From a virus: 64,000 nt of DNA. Below the pieces are notes generated by a model that was not told the origin of the DNA, made no database searches, and saw nothing but the letters and a program-made list of their open reading frames with translations. Where the stretch lies: positions 32,001 to 96,000 of IMG/VR virus record IMGVR_UViG_3300045988_158973. One strand, written 5' to 3'. This document shows positions 42,686 to 52,446 of this stretch, one piece after another. Both the position numbers and the translations under genes were made by a program. Positions within the stretch are counted from its first letter, which is position 1. Every line of letters starts with the position of its first letter.

Positions 42686-44230
42686 TTATTGAGTTCGTCG
42701 TCGTAAGCCTTGGACTGGATATCGTCCTCGGAAGGGTTGGCTGATGTCATGGGTCGATTGGTTTAATGGTACGTATATTAATGAGTTCTTAGCGCGGGTG
42801 ATAGCCACGTATTTGAGGTTGAGTTCTTGCTCTTGCTGCCACGGTTGAGTAGCCCAACGTGAGGGTATCAACTCTGGCGCCAAGAAGAACACGTTGTCGT
42901 TTTCCAACCCTTTCGATTTGTGGATGGTCATCAGCAGTATACCTTCCAAGTCGTCGGTGAAAATTCCCTCGATTGTTTCACGTAATTCCATCACCGTATC
43001 GGCTTCAACGGCCAAGGCGCGTATCACTTCGATCTTCTCGTAGAGTTCGTCCATTTTAGGCGACGCGCTGGGGTTTTTCCAACCTTTAGTGCGTAATTTC
43101 TGCTCCAGTTTGTCGGCTTCCTTCCAAAGCAGTTTTTCCAACTGGTCGATGGTACGCGCTCCGGTCTTGTTGATTAGGTCGATAAGGCTGTGGCCAATGT
43201 CCTTACCTCGAACGCGCGATTTGATCTTGTTCTTCAACAGCCAAAGGTACACCTCTACCAACGGCCGCAGGTTACGGCAGATTATCCAATCGCCGTCCTC
43301 GATGTCGTTCAACGAACCGAGCACGACTTCGCCTTCGTGAGCGCGTTCGTAGGGGCGTATATAGGGGACTATCTTCTCAGCCTCTTCGACAATACGCCGT
43401 CCGCAGCGATAGCACACCGAAAGCGGCATTTCAACACTCGTGCCGTTCAGTTCTGCCAATCGGGCGTAACTGTTAGCGTCGGCTCCGGCGAATCCGTATA
43501 TAGCCTGACGTGGATCGCCAACGGTTATCAACCGCGAACGGCGGTCCAGTGCGCGTTTTATGAGTTCGTGTTGGAGGAGGCTCATGTCTTGGCTTTCATC
43601 GACCAACACCACCTCATACTTACGGAACCGCAACGTGGGGTCCGTCACGGGAATATACAACATGTCGGTAAAATCAAACTGCGTACAGTCCTTGACGCTT
43701 AATAGGAAGGTCTCCAAGGCCAGTTGCTTTTCCAGCAGGCCGCAGTCGATGTCGTGATAGTCACACAACGACTCAATTTCGCCGATTTCAGGACGGCAAA
43801 GTGCCGTGCGCATCAGGTCTACTATCTTCGGAATTAAATAGATCAAATACCCCTTTTTGCGACGCATCAACAGTTCTTGAACCGCTTCGTCGTGAGAGTG
43901 GCGTTTCAACACCACTTCCAATTTGGCGATCGACTTATTTGGATTCATTTTGGCCGCATTACCGTAACGGCGCAACAGCAACCGCCACCCGTACGAGTGA
44001 AGTGTCATTATATCCACATTGGGGCGGCGGTTACGAGCCTGCAACTCCTTGACGATGGAGTTGTTGAAGGCCATGAATATTATGGATTTGCCTCGGGGAA
44101 TACGTTCCAAACACCCCAACAAGGTCGTGGTCTTACCGCTGCCAGCCACGGCGTTTACGTTGATATTGTGGTCGGTAGTAGCTACTTCGTTGTATATTGC
44201 CTGTTGATAGGGTGAAGGCTCAAAGCCCAT
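42686..44230 (-). CDS. UvrD/PcrA-type SF1 DNA helicase
   Basis: 514 aa. Walker A VNAVAGSGKTTTL, motif II VVLVDESQDMS, GDPRQAIYGFAGA, TIHKSKGLENDNVF, YVAITRAKNSL. Confidence 0.85.
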   Translation of the reverse strand: MGFEPSPYQQAIYNEVATTDHNINVNAVAGSGKTTTLLGCLERIPRGKSIIFMAFNNSIVKELQARNRRPNVDIMTLHSYGWRLLLRRYGNAAKMNPNKSIAKLEVVLKRHSHDEAVQELLMRRKKGYLIYLIPKIVDLMRTALCRPEIGEIESLCDYHDIDCGLLEKQLALETFLLSVKDCTQFDFTDMLYIPVTDPTLRFRKYEVVLVDESQDMSLLQHELIKRALDRRSRLITVGDPRQAIYGFAGADANSYARLAELNGTSVEMPLSVCYRCGRRIVEEAEKIVPYIRPYERAHEGEVVLGSLNDIEDGDWIICRNLRPLVEVYLWLLKNKIKSRVRGKDIGHSLIDLINKTGARTIDQLEKLLWKEADKLEQKLRTKGWKNPSASPKMDELYEKIEVIRALAVEADTVMELRETIEGIFTDDLEGILLMTIHKSKGLENDNVFFLAPELIPSRWATQPWQQEQELNLKYVAITRAKNSLIYVPLNQSTHDISQPFRGRYPVQGLRRRTQ

Positions 44231-44260
44231 GACGATTTAGTTTTACGATTTTTACTGATA

Positions 44261-44584
44261 CTATCCGCGAGTCGATGTCCAGTAAATCCATTTGACGCTT
44301 TTGTGAAACTGGAAATTCAGCGCTTTCTGGTTCTGTACGATAGATTCGAGTTTCGACAGTACAGCTGCCCGGCCTCGGTTCATCTCTACCGACTCTGAAC
44401 GTATAAACGCTGTAATGTCGTAGCCCGACACCTCGCAATAGTCGATTGACGCCACGTTGGACTCAACCGACGGCGTAAACTTATTCACCAAGAACACCAG
44501 CGGTTCGTTGGCGTACATCCAAACCTCCAAAACGGCAAACCCGCTTTCAAGGATGGTGGTGATGGTTTCAATCTTTCTTTCCAT
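44261..44584 (-). CDS. Hypothetical protein
   Basis: 107-aa ORF. 17-nt overlap with the sigma-like gene. Confidence 0.45.
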   Translation of the reverse strand: MERKIETITTILESGFAVLEVWMYANEPLVFLVNKFTPSVESNVASIDYCEVSGYDITAFIRSESVEMNRGRAAVLSKLESIVQNQKALNFQFHKSVKWIYWTSTRG

Positions 44585-45206
44585 TATGATAATCTTTTTT
44601 GACGTTTTCTAACAGTTTTTTCATTCTTACCAACGCGCGGCTGTATAGGTTTTCGGTCACGTCGGGATTTTCCGCCAAGAACTCTGATTTACGCTGGCCG
44701 GCTAAACGCGACAGCGTGATACGCCGCTCAAGGAGCGTGAACCCAAACGTGTCAAACGTTATTTCCATGTCGTTGACGTGGTCGGGAGTACGCATATCAG
44801 GGTGCGACGATTCAATGGCTTCTGAAATATCGCCATGACGCGCCTTGATATTCTTCTTGTAAAGCGTGTAGAAGTTACGCGCGATGGACTTGTTGAAATA
44901 GAAATAGAAGTTGGCGCCGGGAAGAATATTGAACTTCTCCAAGCATTTATCAAACATCGCGTAGCAATCCGCAATGGCTTCGTCGCGTGAAGGTATTTCA
45001 GGAGCGTTTGAGCCGTTAAGCAGGTTGATGTAGTTGGTGATGTTCTTCAACACAATATTCCCCATCATCCTGAATACCAAGTTCCGATACGCTGACGCAC
45101 GGCATGGGTCGCCGCAGTGGCGGATGATTAGAATATATTTATTCACCAGCCCAATTCGGTACTTGAACAGCTGGCGAAACATTTGACCCTCGACCGTTCT
45201 GCGCAT
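44568..45206 (-). CDS. Divergent sigma-70-family (ECF-like) factor
   Basis: 212 aa. Region-2-like DEAIADCYAMFDKCLEKFNILPGANFYFYFNKSIARNFYTLYKK. Region-4-like LLERRITLSRLAGQRKSEFLAENPDVTENLYSRALVRMKKLL. Confidence 0.5.
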   Translation of the reverse strand: MRRTVEGQMFRQLFKYRIGLVNKYILIIRHCGDPCRASAYRNLVFRMMGNIVLKNITNYINLLNGSNAPEIPSRDEAIADCYAMFDKCLEKFNILPGANFYFYFNKSIARNFYTLYKKNIKARHGDISEAIESSHPDMRTPDHVNDMEITFDTFGFTLLERRITLSRLAGQRKSEFLAENPDVTENLYSRALVRMKKLLENVKKDYHNGKKD

Positions 45207-45213
45207 AATGCCT

Positions 45214-45543
45214 TTATTTTTTCATCATCGACTTTGCTTCAGCGCGTACCGCAGCCAGTTTGGCGCGACGTTCTGGGGCGATCTGCTTCTTGTAGTGCTC
45301 GTGCGAGCGCCGCTTTAGGGACTCTTGCTTTTGCTCCTTGGACATGGCTCTAAAGCGTCCAAAATACACACCCTTCAAGTCTGCAGGCGTTTCCTTCTTG
45401 ATCTCTTCGCGCTCACGGCCGCAAGCCGGACACGGCGATTGCTTACAAAACGCGTGGCCGTCGCGTAATACAAGACTCACTGATGAATAGTAGTCGCGCT
45501 GATCGAAGCGCGGGCACTCGGGGTTCTTACATACAAATTCCAT
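45214..45543 (-). CDS. Zinc-ribbon protein with basic C-terminal tail
   Basis: 109 aa. CKNPECPRF...CPACGRE. Confidence 0.45.
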   Translation of the reverse strand: MEFVCKNPECPRFDQRDYYSSVSLVLRDGHAFCKQSPCPACGREREEIKKETPADLKGVYFGRFRAMSKEQKQESLKRRSHEHYKKQIAPERRAKLAAVRAEAKSMMKK

Positions 45544-45552
45544 AAGGCGTAT

Positions 45553-46026
45553 TTATTGGCGGCTACCATACAACGCAATCAGCATCGCGTCGCAAGTGGC
45601 CAAAGTTACGTTGAATTGGGGAAATAGCTGTTGCGCCTTGGCTTTGAGTTTGTTCTTCCACTCCACCTTGGTCATTTTACCACGAACCCCTAATTGAAAC
45701 TCTTTCTGCCATTTCTGGGGAGTGACGGTTTCGGTAGGAATACGACACGCCAACAGCGCCATTTCCAAGTGCCCATATCCACGTCCAAAATTGAACATGG
45801 CGTTGGCGCCATTACCGGGTATTCCGCCAACCTTTTCAAGGTAACATTTGGAGTTCAGCGAATGAAGTTTCAGAAACGCCAAAAGGTCAGTTGGTGTTTC
45901 AGGCATTTTTACTGCCGCCACCAGCCGACCTTTGTCGATGGAATATATGCCTATGCCGCCTGCGGCACCGGGGTCTATACCGATTATTAATCGGTCTTTG
46001 TAGTAGGTTGCGACGGATTGTTTCAT
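45553..46026 (-). CDS. RuvC-like Holliday junction resolvase
   Basis: 157 aa. N-terminal LIIGIDPGAAGGIGIY catalytic Asp strand. The size and position after Mre11/Rad50 fit a resolvase. Confidence 0.6.
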   Translation of the reverse strand: MKQSVATYYKDRLIIGIDPGAAGGIGIYSIDKGRLVAAVKMPETPTDLLAFLKLHSLNSKCYLEKVGGIPGNGANAMFNFGRGYGHLEMALLACRIPTETVTPQKWQKEFQLGVRGKMTKVEWKNKLKAKAQQLFPQFNVTLATCDAMLIALYGSRQ

Positions 46027-46055
46027 CGTTATATCTTATTTGGAACTATAAGATA

Positions 46056-46065
46056 ATAACGTTGG
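46056..46065 (-). promoter_or_regulatory. CCAACGTTAT motif copy
   Basis: Perfect 10-mer 29 nt upstream of ATG 46026. Confidence 0.35.
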
Positions 46066-46067
46066 AA

Positions 46068-47939
46068 TCAATCATACCTTGATACTTTGTCTATCTTCCT
46101 CACTATGAGTTTGTTCTTCGCTGCGAAGTCAGCCGATACGTTCTGGGTGATCATCATCGACGTTATACCCACGTTTTCCAGTGTTCGAATGATGTGTTCC
46201 TGCCCCAAAGAGTCGATTCCGTGGAACGCTTCATCCAGCAGTATCATATCCAACCCGCGACCGTCGGTAGCCATATTGATCAGGCGATTCAACCCTATCA
46301 ACGAGGCCAACGCTACACGACCGCGTTCTGCTCCCGAGTGGATTCCGTACACGTCGGCGTTCAAGCCGTCAGACTGAATATACACATCGATCTTATCGCG
46401 CACGTTACCGTCCTTGGTGGTGGTGAAGCCGTTAATCAGCACCGTTACATCCATACCGAATTTCTCCAAATACAGATTCGTCATGCCTTCAAGGACCTTG
46501 AGCGACTTATTCGCCAAAAACGTCAAGAAGCCGTTTTTACCCATGTGAAAGTCCCAGAACGCCATCGACTCGGCCAAGTACCGGAAGTCGGCTAATTCAG
46601 CCTTGGCGGTTTTGAGTTCTGCCTTGGTGGCCTTAATCTTGGCTTCAGCGGTTTTTATCGACGCGTCTTCGTCAGCAGCACGCCGGGCTTCTTCAATACG
46701 TTTCTGGAGATCGTTCTTCCGGCGTTCGACGTCATCCATTTGGCGCTTCAAACGGTCAGCGCGTTCACGAATAGCCATCATCGAACGTTTCACACGGCTC
46801 AATTCCGACTGGAGTTGATCGTAGTCGCGCTGCTTGTCTTCCAAGGCTTCCAACGCCTCTTCAGCCGTCTTAACGGCAGCAGCCAACTTCACGTCATCAG
46901 CCTCGCGTTGCGTGATTATCTTACGAATCTGGTCCGGTGTGAGATCGAACTCGGCGTTGGGTATGAAGCGTTCGTGACATTTGGGACATTCGATGGCTCC
47001 CTCCAGCGCCAACGCCAATTCCTCCTTGGCGCGACGGTTCTTCTTGCGCTCCTTCTGGGCTGCGGTGATCTTACCTTCCGCTGCGGCGATATCGTCCACG
47101 AAGTTAGGCGCAGTTTCCAACTGTTGTTCCAGCGCGGTACGCTTCGTCTTTTCTGTTTCAAACTCATTGCGGATTGCCTGAGCCTGAAGCCCAAGTGCCG
47201 CGGCGTCGTTAATATAGCCTTCCAAAAGGCCAATCAACCCTTCGATGTTAGCTTCGGCGGAGTGGTTAGCCTTCAACTCCTTGAGGTTTTCTTCGAGGGT
47301 TTCAAGCCTCGTTTCCAACATCAGAACCTGCGTATCGTATTCAGCCACGCGGTCGTCAGCGGCCTTGTGGTCGGCCTTTATGGCGTCCAAAACGGGCTGA
47401 AGCATATCGGCGTTGGTGATACGGTTCAATATTTCCTTCTTGGTAGTGTCGGGAGCGGTCAAGAAGTTGTACTGACGGTCTTGGCTGATTATGTAGTACC
47501 GGAGCAGGTCCTCGCGGCTCAGCCCCAGCAACTCCAGTATTCGCTTATCAACTTCGGCTACCGACGTCAACTGGGTGTTCTCACGATCGTTTTCGAACAG
47601 TACGGCCTTGGCGCTACGCTTACGATAGAAACGGCGCCGAATTTCCATAGTCTGGTGAAGAACGTCGTTCGCCAACGACATAACGACCCATCCTTCATCG
47701 CTATCGCGGTTGATAGCCTTATCGCGCGTTATAGGCGTATCGCGTGGTAACAGGTCACCAGTCAACGCCAACGCGATAGCCTCAAACAGCGTCGATTTAC
47801 CTGACCCGTTGTTCAGCGATCCGCGGTCGGTTTGGTTGTCGCCAAAGATCACCGTACACTCACCGCGGTTGAACACCACTTCAGCTCGGTCACGGAACGC
47901 AAACAAGCCGCCAAACTCTATTTTTACAGGATACCACAT
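46068..47939 (-). CDS. Rad50/SbcC-like ATPase
   Basis: 623 aa. Walker A NNGSGKSTLFEAIALAL, long coiled coil with CPKC zinc hook, Walker B/D-loop MILLDEAFHGID. Confidence 0.8.
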   Translation of the reverse strand: MWYPVKIEFGGLFAFRDRAEVVFNRGECTVIFGDNQTDRGSLNNGSGKSTLFEAIALALTGDLLPRDTPITRDKAINRDSDEGWVVMSLANDVLHQTMEIRRRFYRKRSAKAVLFENDRENTQLTSVAEVDKRILELLGLSREDLLRYYIISQDRQYNFLTAPDTTKKEILNRITNADMLQPVLDAIKADHKAADDRVAEYDTQVLMLETRLETLEENLKELKANHSAEANIEGLIGLLEGYINDAAALGLQAQAIRNEFETEKTKRTALEQQLETAPNFVDDIAAAEGKITAAQKERKKNRRAKEELALALEGAIECPKCHERFIPNAEFDLTPDQIRKIITQREADDVKLAAAVKTAEEALEALEDKQRDYDQLQSELSRVKRSMMAIRERADRLKRQMDDVERRKNDLQKRIEEARRAADEDASIKTAEAKIKATKAELKTAKAELADFRYLAESMAFWDFHMGKNGFLTFLANKSLKVLEGMTNLYLEKFGMDVTVLINGFTTTKDGNVRDKIDVYIQSDGLNADVYGIHSGAERGRVALASLIGLNRLINMATDGRGLDMILLDEAFHGIDSLGQEHIIRTLENVGITSMMITQNVSADFAAKNKLIVRKIDKVSRYD

Positions 47940-47940
47940 A

Positions 47941-48999
47941 TCACAATTCTTTTAACATCGTTAAGCCTTCTTTCATGCGTTCGCCGCGTATTTCACGCTC
48001 CTTGCAGAACTCCATGAAGTTCTTAACGATGGTAGATTTACGGAATGTAACGATCTTCTCCGGGTCAGCCGCTGTAGCCATCGCCGCGGCGGTTTCATCG
48101 GCTTGAAACTTGATTTCAATACCAGCGGCCGAAAACTCCGAGGCGTTCAGTTTCTCACAATCGGCTTTAGAGCCAGTTACAACGATTCTGACGCGATCAA
48201 ACGTTTCGCCCGAGTATTTATCCATCAAGTTCCGTAAAGTCGTTGTGTCGGTCGCTACAACAGTTTCACGGATATACCGCGGAAAGCGCAGCGGGCGGTG
48301 CTCCCACGAACCGTCGTCGTAAACCACGGTCACACCCTTATCGTCGGCCGTTTCGCCGAAATTATTCTGGCACATCGAACCCAGATAGTGAACCTTTTCG
48401 CCAACGCGCGAAGCGTTGTGATAATGGCCCACAAACACCGCGTCGTAGTTACGAAACATATCCGGACGAATATCGCTTTCCACCTGTGTGCCGTCGTTGT
48501 TACGAACGCCCTCCACTGCCACGTGCGTTATCATAAAACGCGGTCCTGTGAACGTTTCCCGTTCAAGGCCGTTATCCACAGCCAATTTCTCTTCAAGCCA
48601 CTTGGCGTCTCCGTAATAGGGGATCAACACGAACGATACGCCGTCCCATTCAAACTCTGATGCCTGACTCACAACCGTAGCTGCTCCGGGGCACACACTC
48701 AAATAGCTGCGGTCCGAGTTGGGGTCTGTCTTGTCGTGGTTGCCGGGAATAACGACAATTTCCAGTCCACGTGCTTCAGCGTCTTCGGTGATTTCGCGCC
48801 AAGCATCAAGGACTTCCAAAGGTTGCGCCGAGCGGGACGTAAATACGTCACCGCCCAGAATCACAATATTACAACCTATTTCTTCAGCCAGCGCAAAAGT
48901 CTGACTGAATAAATCCCGTACCACCATCACGTTGTCTTTCGACAAGTGCGGGTCGAAACCTAAGATGGCCACGGGACTTTTTTGCGTTTTCTTTTTCAT
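47941..48999 (-). CDS. Mre11/SbcD-like nuclease
   Basis: 352 aa. Calcineurin-like phosphoesterase motifs GFDPH, GGDVF, PGNHD, ITHVAV, VGHYH. Confidence 0.8.
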   Translation of the reverse strand: MKKKTQKSPVAILGFDPHLSKDNVMVVRDLFSQTFALAEEIGCNIVILGGDVFTSRSAQPLEVLDAWREITEDAEARGLEIVVIPGNHDKTDPNSDRSYLSVCPGAATVVSQASEFEWDGVSFVLIPYYGDAKWLEEKLAVDNGLERETFTGPRFMITHVAVEGVRNNDGTQVESDIRPDMFRNYDAVFVGHYHNASRVGEKVHYLGSMCQNNFGETADDKGVTVVYDDGSWEHRPLRFPRYIRETVVATDTTTLRNLMDKYSGETFDRVRIVVTGSKADCEKLNASEFSAAGIEIKFQADETAAAMATAADPEKIVTFRKSTIVKNFMEFCKEREIRGERMKEGLTMLKEL

Positions 49000-49027
49000 A
49001 AAGACGATTTTACCAAGGTAACGTTGA

Positions 49028-50158
49028 CTATTCGTCAGCCAACTCCGCTTCCTCCATCATCTTCTCACGCCAAGCCTTCAGGTCTTTGTTACGAGCAGTG
49101 CAAATGACCTTTTCCAGCGTGGCCAACAGAGGATTTTGGTCATAGTAGAGCTGGTAGAGTTCGCGGTCGGACTTCCACTTCAGTTTGCCGTTCATGAAGG
49201 CGTAAACGGTCTTGGAGGGCTTTTGAATGATACCTCGCTCAACAGCGTATTCGATGTCTTCTTCGGACAGAATAATGCCGTACCCCAACAGAATACGGAT
49301 GTACGTCTTTTGGCGCGAACCAAAGTCGTTCTTGATAACCTTGACTTCAGAAATTTGTGCCACTTCGACGTCATCGATTTTTTTCATCTCCGTTACGCGC
49401 ATTTGTAAGCGCAACGTCGGCATTAACTCCACCCATTCTCCGCCTGTGCTTTTGCGTGACGTTACGCCCATAACGTTCTGTTCGTACTGGTGATTAAGGA
49501 TAACGAAGTGGATCGCGTTGGTATAGCACAACCCAACCAGTCCTTTGGCGAACATCTTTGCTGACTTGGCGAACGCCATCATCTTTGGCTCTTGTAGCTT
49601 TTCGAGTTCCTCACCCTTGGCTGCGGCCTTATCCATGTTTTCGACGTTGGCACGCAAAGCATCGTATTCCGCCTTCGAAAGCGTAGCGCCAAGCGAGTCC
49701 CACAAGAAGAAGAACCGCGGTTTCTCCTTGATATCGGCTTCTTCGAACAGCGCGTGAGCGTCCTTGACGAACTTGCTTACGCGCACGAACATTTGCTCGA
49801 CGTAGCGAATCTTGATGATAACCACGCGCGAAATATCAACCCCCAGCTGGATGGCGTAGTCCTTGTTGTCACGATTTTCAGACGAAAGTATACACGCCAA
49901 CCCGGTTTCAGGGTTCTCGGCCAGAAAATACTTCATAGCCTCCAAACCCTCGGTGGTCTTACCGCTGCGGCTGCGCCCGGCGATCTCGATAATACCCGTT
50001 GGAAGACCGAACGTGCGCAGGTTCCAGTTCAGTTCCGCGCTGCCGGTATGGGCCCACGACTTGATCTCCGAAAAACCGTCCTTCTTCCTGAACGTTATGA
50101 CATCATCGGAGTTGAACTTCGCCGTGAGTTTATTCAGTACATTTGAAATTTTCGACAT
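49028..50158 (-). CDS. RecA/UvsX-like recombinase
   Basis: Trimmed to ATG 50158 (MSKISNV). Walker A AGRSRSGKTT, Walker B FFFLWDSLGA. Confidence 0.7.
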   Translation of the reverse strand: MSKISNVLNKLTAKFNSDDVITFRKKDGFSEIKSWAHTGSAELNWNLRTFGLPTGIIEIAGRSRSGKTTEGLEAMKYFLAENPETGLACILSSENRDNKDYAIQLGVDISRVVIIKIRYVEQMFVRVSKFVKDAHALFEEADIKEKPRFFFLWDSLGATLSKAEYDALRANVENMDKAAAKGEELEKLQEPKMMAFAKSAKMFAKGLVGLCYTNAIHFVILNHQYEQNVMGVTSRKSTGGEWVELMPTLRLQMRVTEMKKIDDVEVAQISEVKVIKNDFGSRQKTYIRILLGYGIILSEEDIEYAVERGIIQKPSKTVYAFMNGKLKWKSDRELYQLYYDQNPLLATLEKVICTARNKDLKAWREKMMEEAELADE

Positions 50159-50171
50159 AATGTTGATAGTT

Positions 50172-50206
50172 AAAAACGGCTGGCCAACCACGAAAGCCAG
50201 CCAGCC
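50172..50206 (-). terminator. Possible terminator after the SSB-like gene
   Basis: Minus strand GGCTGGC...GCCAGCC stem followed by GTTTTTAAC. Confidence 0.4.
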
Positions 50207-50227
50207 GCGGGAAAGTTATCACGGGGG

Positions 50228-51508
50228 TTATTTCTTGCCCAATTTGGCGCGAATCATAGCCAGTGAACGCGCTGCGCCGCCTGTAGCGGCCGGAGCCTCG
50301 TCTTCTTCCTCTTCGGGTTCAGGTTCTTCCTCCTCTTCTTCGCCGTCCAGTCCAAGCGCGGCACGGATAGCCGCACGAATCTGGTCGTCGGTCGTTGATT
50401 TGTGGACCTTCACCGTGTCACCAAGGTCGTTATCGCGGATGAATGCCCTGAGTTCGACACGGTCCATGTCGTCGAGGCCGTCGTCGTTGCCTGCCGGCGC
50501 TTCTTCCTCTTCGAGTTCAGGTGCAGCCTCTTCCTCCTCTTCAGGCTCTTCTTCGGGTTCGGGGTCAGGAACGCGAACGCCGGGGCGGTTCTTCTTCGTA
50601 CGAACAGGCGGAACGTCATCCTCCTCGTCGTCGGTGCGACGCTTGGCGGCCTTCTTGGTGACTTTCTTCTTGGGTTCGTCGTCGCCTTCAGCGTACTGGG
50701 CGCGTACCTTCTCCACGATCTCCAGCCACTCGTCGTCACCGAACAAGTCGATACCGTGCTGCTCGTCGAAATTCTGGAGACCTTCCAGTGCGCGTTCGAA
50801 CACTTCCATGGTGTACGTTCCAGCGACCTCCTCGATCGGTTTGAGTTTCATGAACTTCTCGATGGATTCGTCGGTCAGCGGGCATGCCTTGGGCTTCTTG
50901 CCGAGCGACACGTCGTAGTAGTTCTCACCCTTCTTCTTGTTGGGGTTCTTGATGTACTTGACGAACAGCGGCAGGCCTTCGTCGGGGTCGGTGAAGGGAT
51001 CGGTCTCGATGGGTTCGTCCTCGTCTTCGGTGATTGCCAGACGGTTCATGGCGTCGCGGACGCTCTTCTTGAACTCCCACAGTTTAGGCTCCATGCCGTC
51101 TTCCCGGACTTCGGCGGCGTAGCACAGCCACGACAGCGACGGCAACAGGCCATCACGCTGGGCAGTTACAGCCGCAACTGCGGTTTCCGACCCGTGGGTC
51201 TTCACATAGGCTACATACTCCTGAACGATGTCCATGGCGGTCTTGCCGTGGAAGATCGAATCCAGTACCGTGCCGCGGCGCTCGTCGCCGGAGTCGGTAG
51301 TGAACGGCAGCCAGTAGCACTTGCGCGGAACGTAGAAGTTGTCGTGATCGGGGTGAGCCGGGAACACGCGAATCTTCATCAGTTTACCGTCCTCAAGCGT
51401 CAGGAACTCGGCGTTGCCGTTGTTCAGCATCGAGTTGTCCTCGTCGATGCGGGCTTTGAGTTTTTTGATCGGCGTCGCCTTCAGGCGGCTCCTCAAATCG
51501 TTTGCCAT
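50228..51508 (-). CDS. ssDNA-binding protein (T4 gp32-like, tentative) with very long acidic C-terminal region
   Basis: 426 aa. N-terminal AEFLTLEDGKLMKIRVFPA resembles the gp32 N-terminal pattern. Sits next to the recombinase. Two poly-Glu tracts flank a small C-terminal domain. Confidence 0.45.
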   Translation of the reverse strand: MANDLRSRLKATPIKKLKARIDEDNSMLNNGNAEFLTLEDGKLMKIRVFPAHPDHDNFYVPRKCYWLPFTTDSGDERRGTVLDSIFHGKTAMDIVQEYVAYVKTHGSETAVAAVTAQRDGLLPSLSWLCYAAEVREDGMEPKLWEFKKSVRDAMNRLAITEDEDEPIETDPFTDPDEGLPLFVKYIKNPNKKKGENYYDVSLGKKPKACPLTDESIEKFMKLKPIEEVAGTYTMEVFERALEGLQNFDEQHGIDLFGDDEWLEIVEKVRAQYAEGDDEPKKKVTKKAAKRRTDDEEDDVPPVRTKKNRPGVRVPDPEPEEEPEEEEEAAPELEEEEAPAGNDDGLDDMDRVELRAFIRDNDLGDTVKVHKSTTDDQIRAAIRAALGLDGEEEEEEPEPEEEEDEAPAATGGAARSLAMIRAKLGKK

Positions 51509-51546
51509 AATACTTTGATTTTGTTAAGGTGTTAATATAAACTTTG

Positions 51547-52083
51547 TTAATCTTCCACGTCGGGGATCAGTTTCGGGCGTTTACGAACTTTCACAACCGA
51601 ATTTGCCTTACTCTGAAGCAGGTGCTCTTCGATATCGCCCGTGGGTATAGACAGCGATAGCTTATCCAGTTTGGCCGATTTGTCTTTGGCCGAAAACAGC
51701 AGCGACGCAACATAGTCCCGTGTCTTTTGAGCCTCAAAAAGCCTTATTTGGTTAGCCTTATAAACGGGATTCTGATAGGTAGCCGTGTTCACCTCGTCAA
51801 TCGTAGGGGGCTTGCGGCGGTCCTCTTCAGTATTGAGTAAAACACGAATTTCTTCACGCAACTTTGCCTCTACAATGGCGCAGTTGAGTTTCGTTTCAGC
51901 CAGCGAGCGTTCAGCGTCAGCCAGCAGCAGACCTAATCGGTTTACAACAACCGGAAAGGTGATAATTTCCCCAACCAGATTGTCATAGTGAATAGCCATC
52001 AGGTCGTCGACGTCGATTTCTTCTTCGAATTCTTGAAATTCGATTTCGTAGACGTCTTTTCCAATCAGCAGTTTCCGTTTCAT
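51547..52083 (-). CDS. Hypothetical protein (UvsY-like recombination mediator by position and helical pattern; weak)
   Basis: 178-aa ORF adjacent to the SSB and recombinase genes. Confidence 0.25.
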   Translation of the reverse strand: MKRKLLIGKDVYEIEFQEFEEEIDVDDLMAIHYDNLVGEIITFPVVVNRLGLLLADAERSLAETKLNCAIVEAKLREEIRVLLNTEEDRRKPPTIDEVNTATYQNPVYKANQIRLFEAQKTRDYVASLLFSAKDKSAKLDKLSLSIPTGDIEEHLLQSKANSVVKVRKRPKLIPDVED

Positions 52084-52445
52084 TCTTTAGGTTCTTGTTG
52101 GTTAATGTCCCCGGCGCGTACACGGCGCGTGATTTCGATAATGAGGTAATGAACCGCTTTCTCCAGATCGCGAATCAGACGACTCTTTTTATGGCCAACG
52201 GTGATGTACCGCTGAAGATAGCGCGTCACCTGATAAATGTTGATGGCTGCGCCGTGATCTGCGCCATACAGCATTTTCTTGGTGTCAATTACCTTTTGAC
52301 CATCGGCGTACTTATCAGAGTACGTTCCGGCGATATGGTCAATAGTCATGGCCAAGGCTTCAGCAGCCTCCGGTTCGGCGACGCAGATACGCTCAATGTT
52401 GTAAGCGACCTGCGAAATAAGTTCTTGATGTCGTTTGTTATCCAT
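52080..52445 (-). CDS. DUF3310-like protein
   Basis: 121 aa. NIYQVTRYLQRYITVGHKKSRLIRDLEKAVHYL matches the KYl.R...K...DL.KA.hYl pattern. Confidence 0.4.
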   Translation of the reverse strand: MDNKRHQELISQVAYNIERICVAEPEAAEALAMTIDHIAGTYSDKYADGQKVIDTKKMLYGADHGAAINIYQVTRYLQRYITVGHKKSRLIRDLEKAVHYLIIEITRRVRAGDINQQEPKE

Positions 52446-52446
52446 G

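Noticed and set aside
44220-44438. 72-aa minus ORF overlapping 44261..44584 in another frame
   Set aside because: It is Arg-rich and low quality, and is fully nested against the better 107-aa ORF and the UvrD-like gene start.
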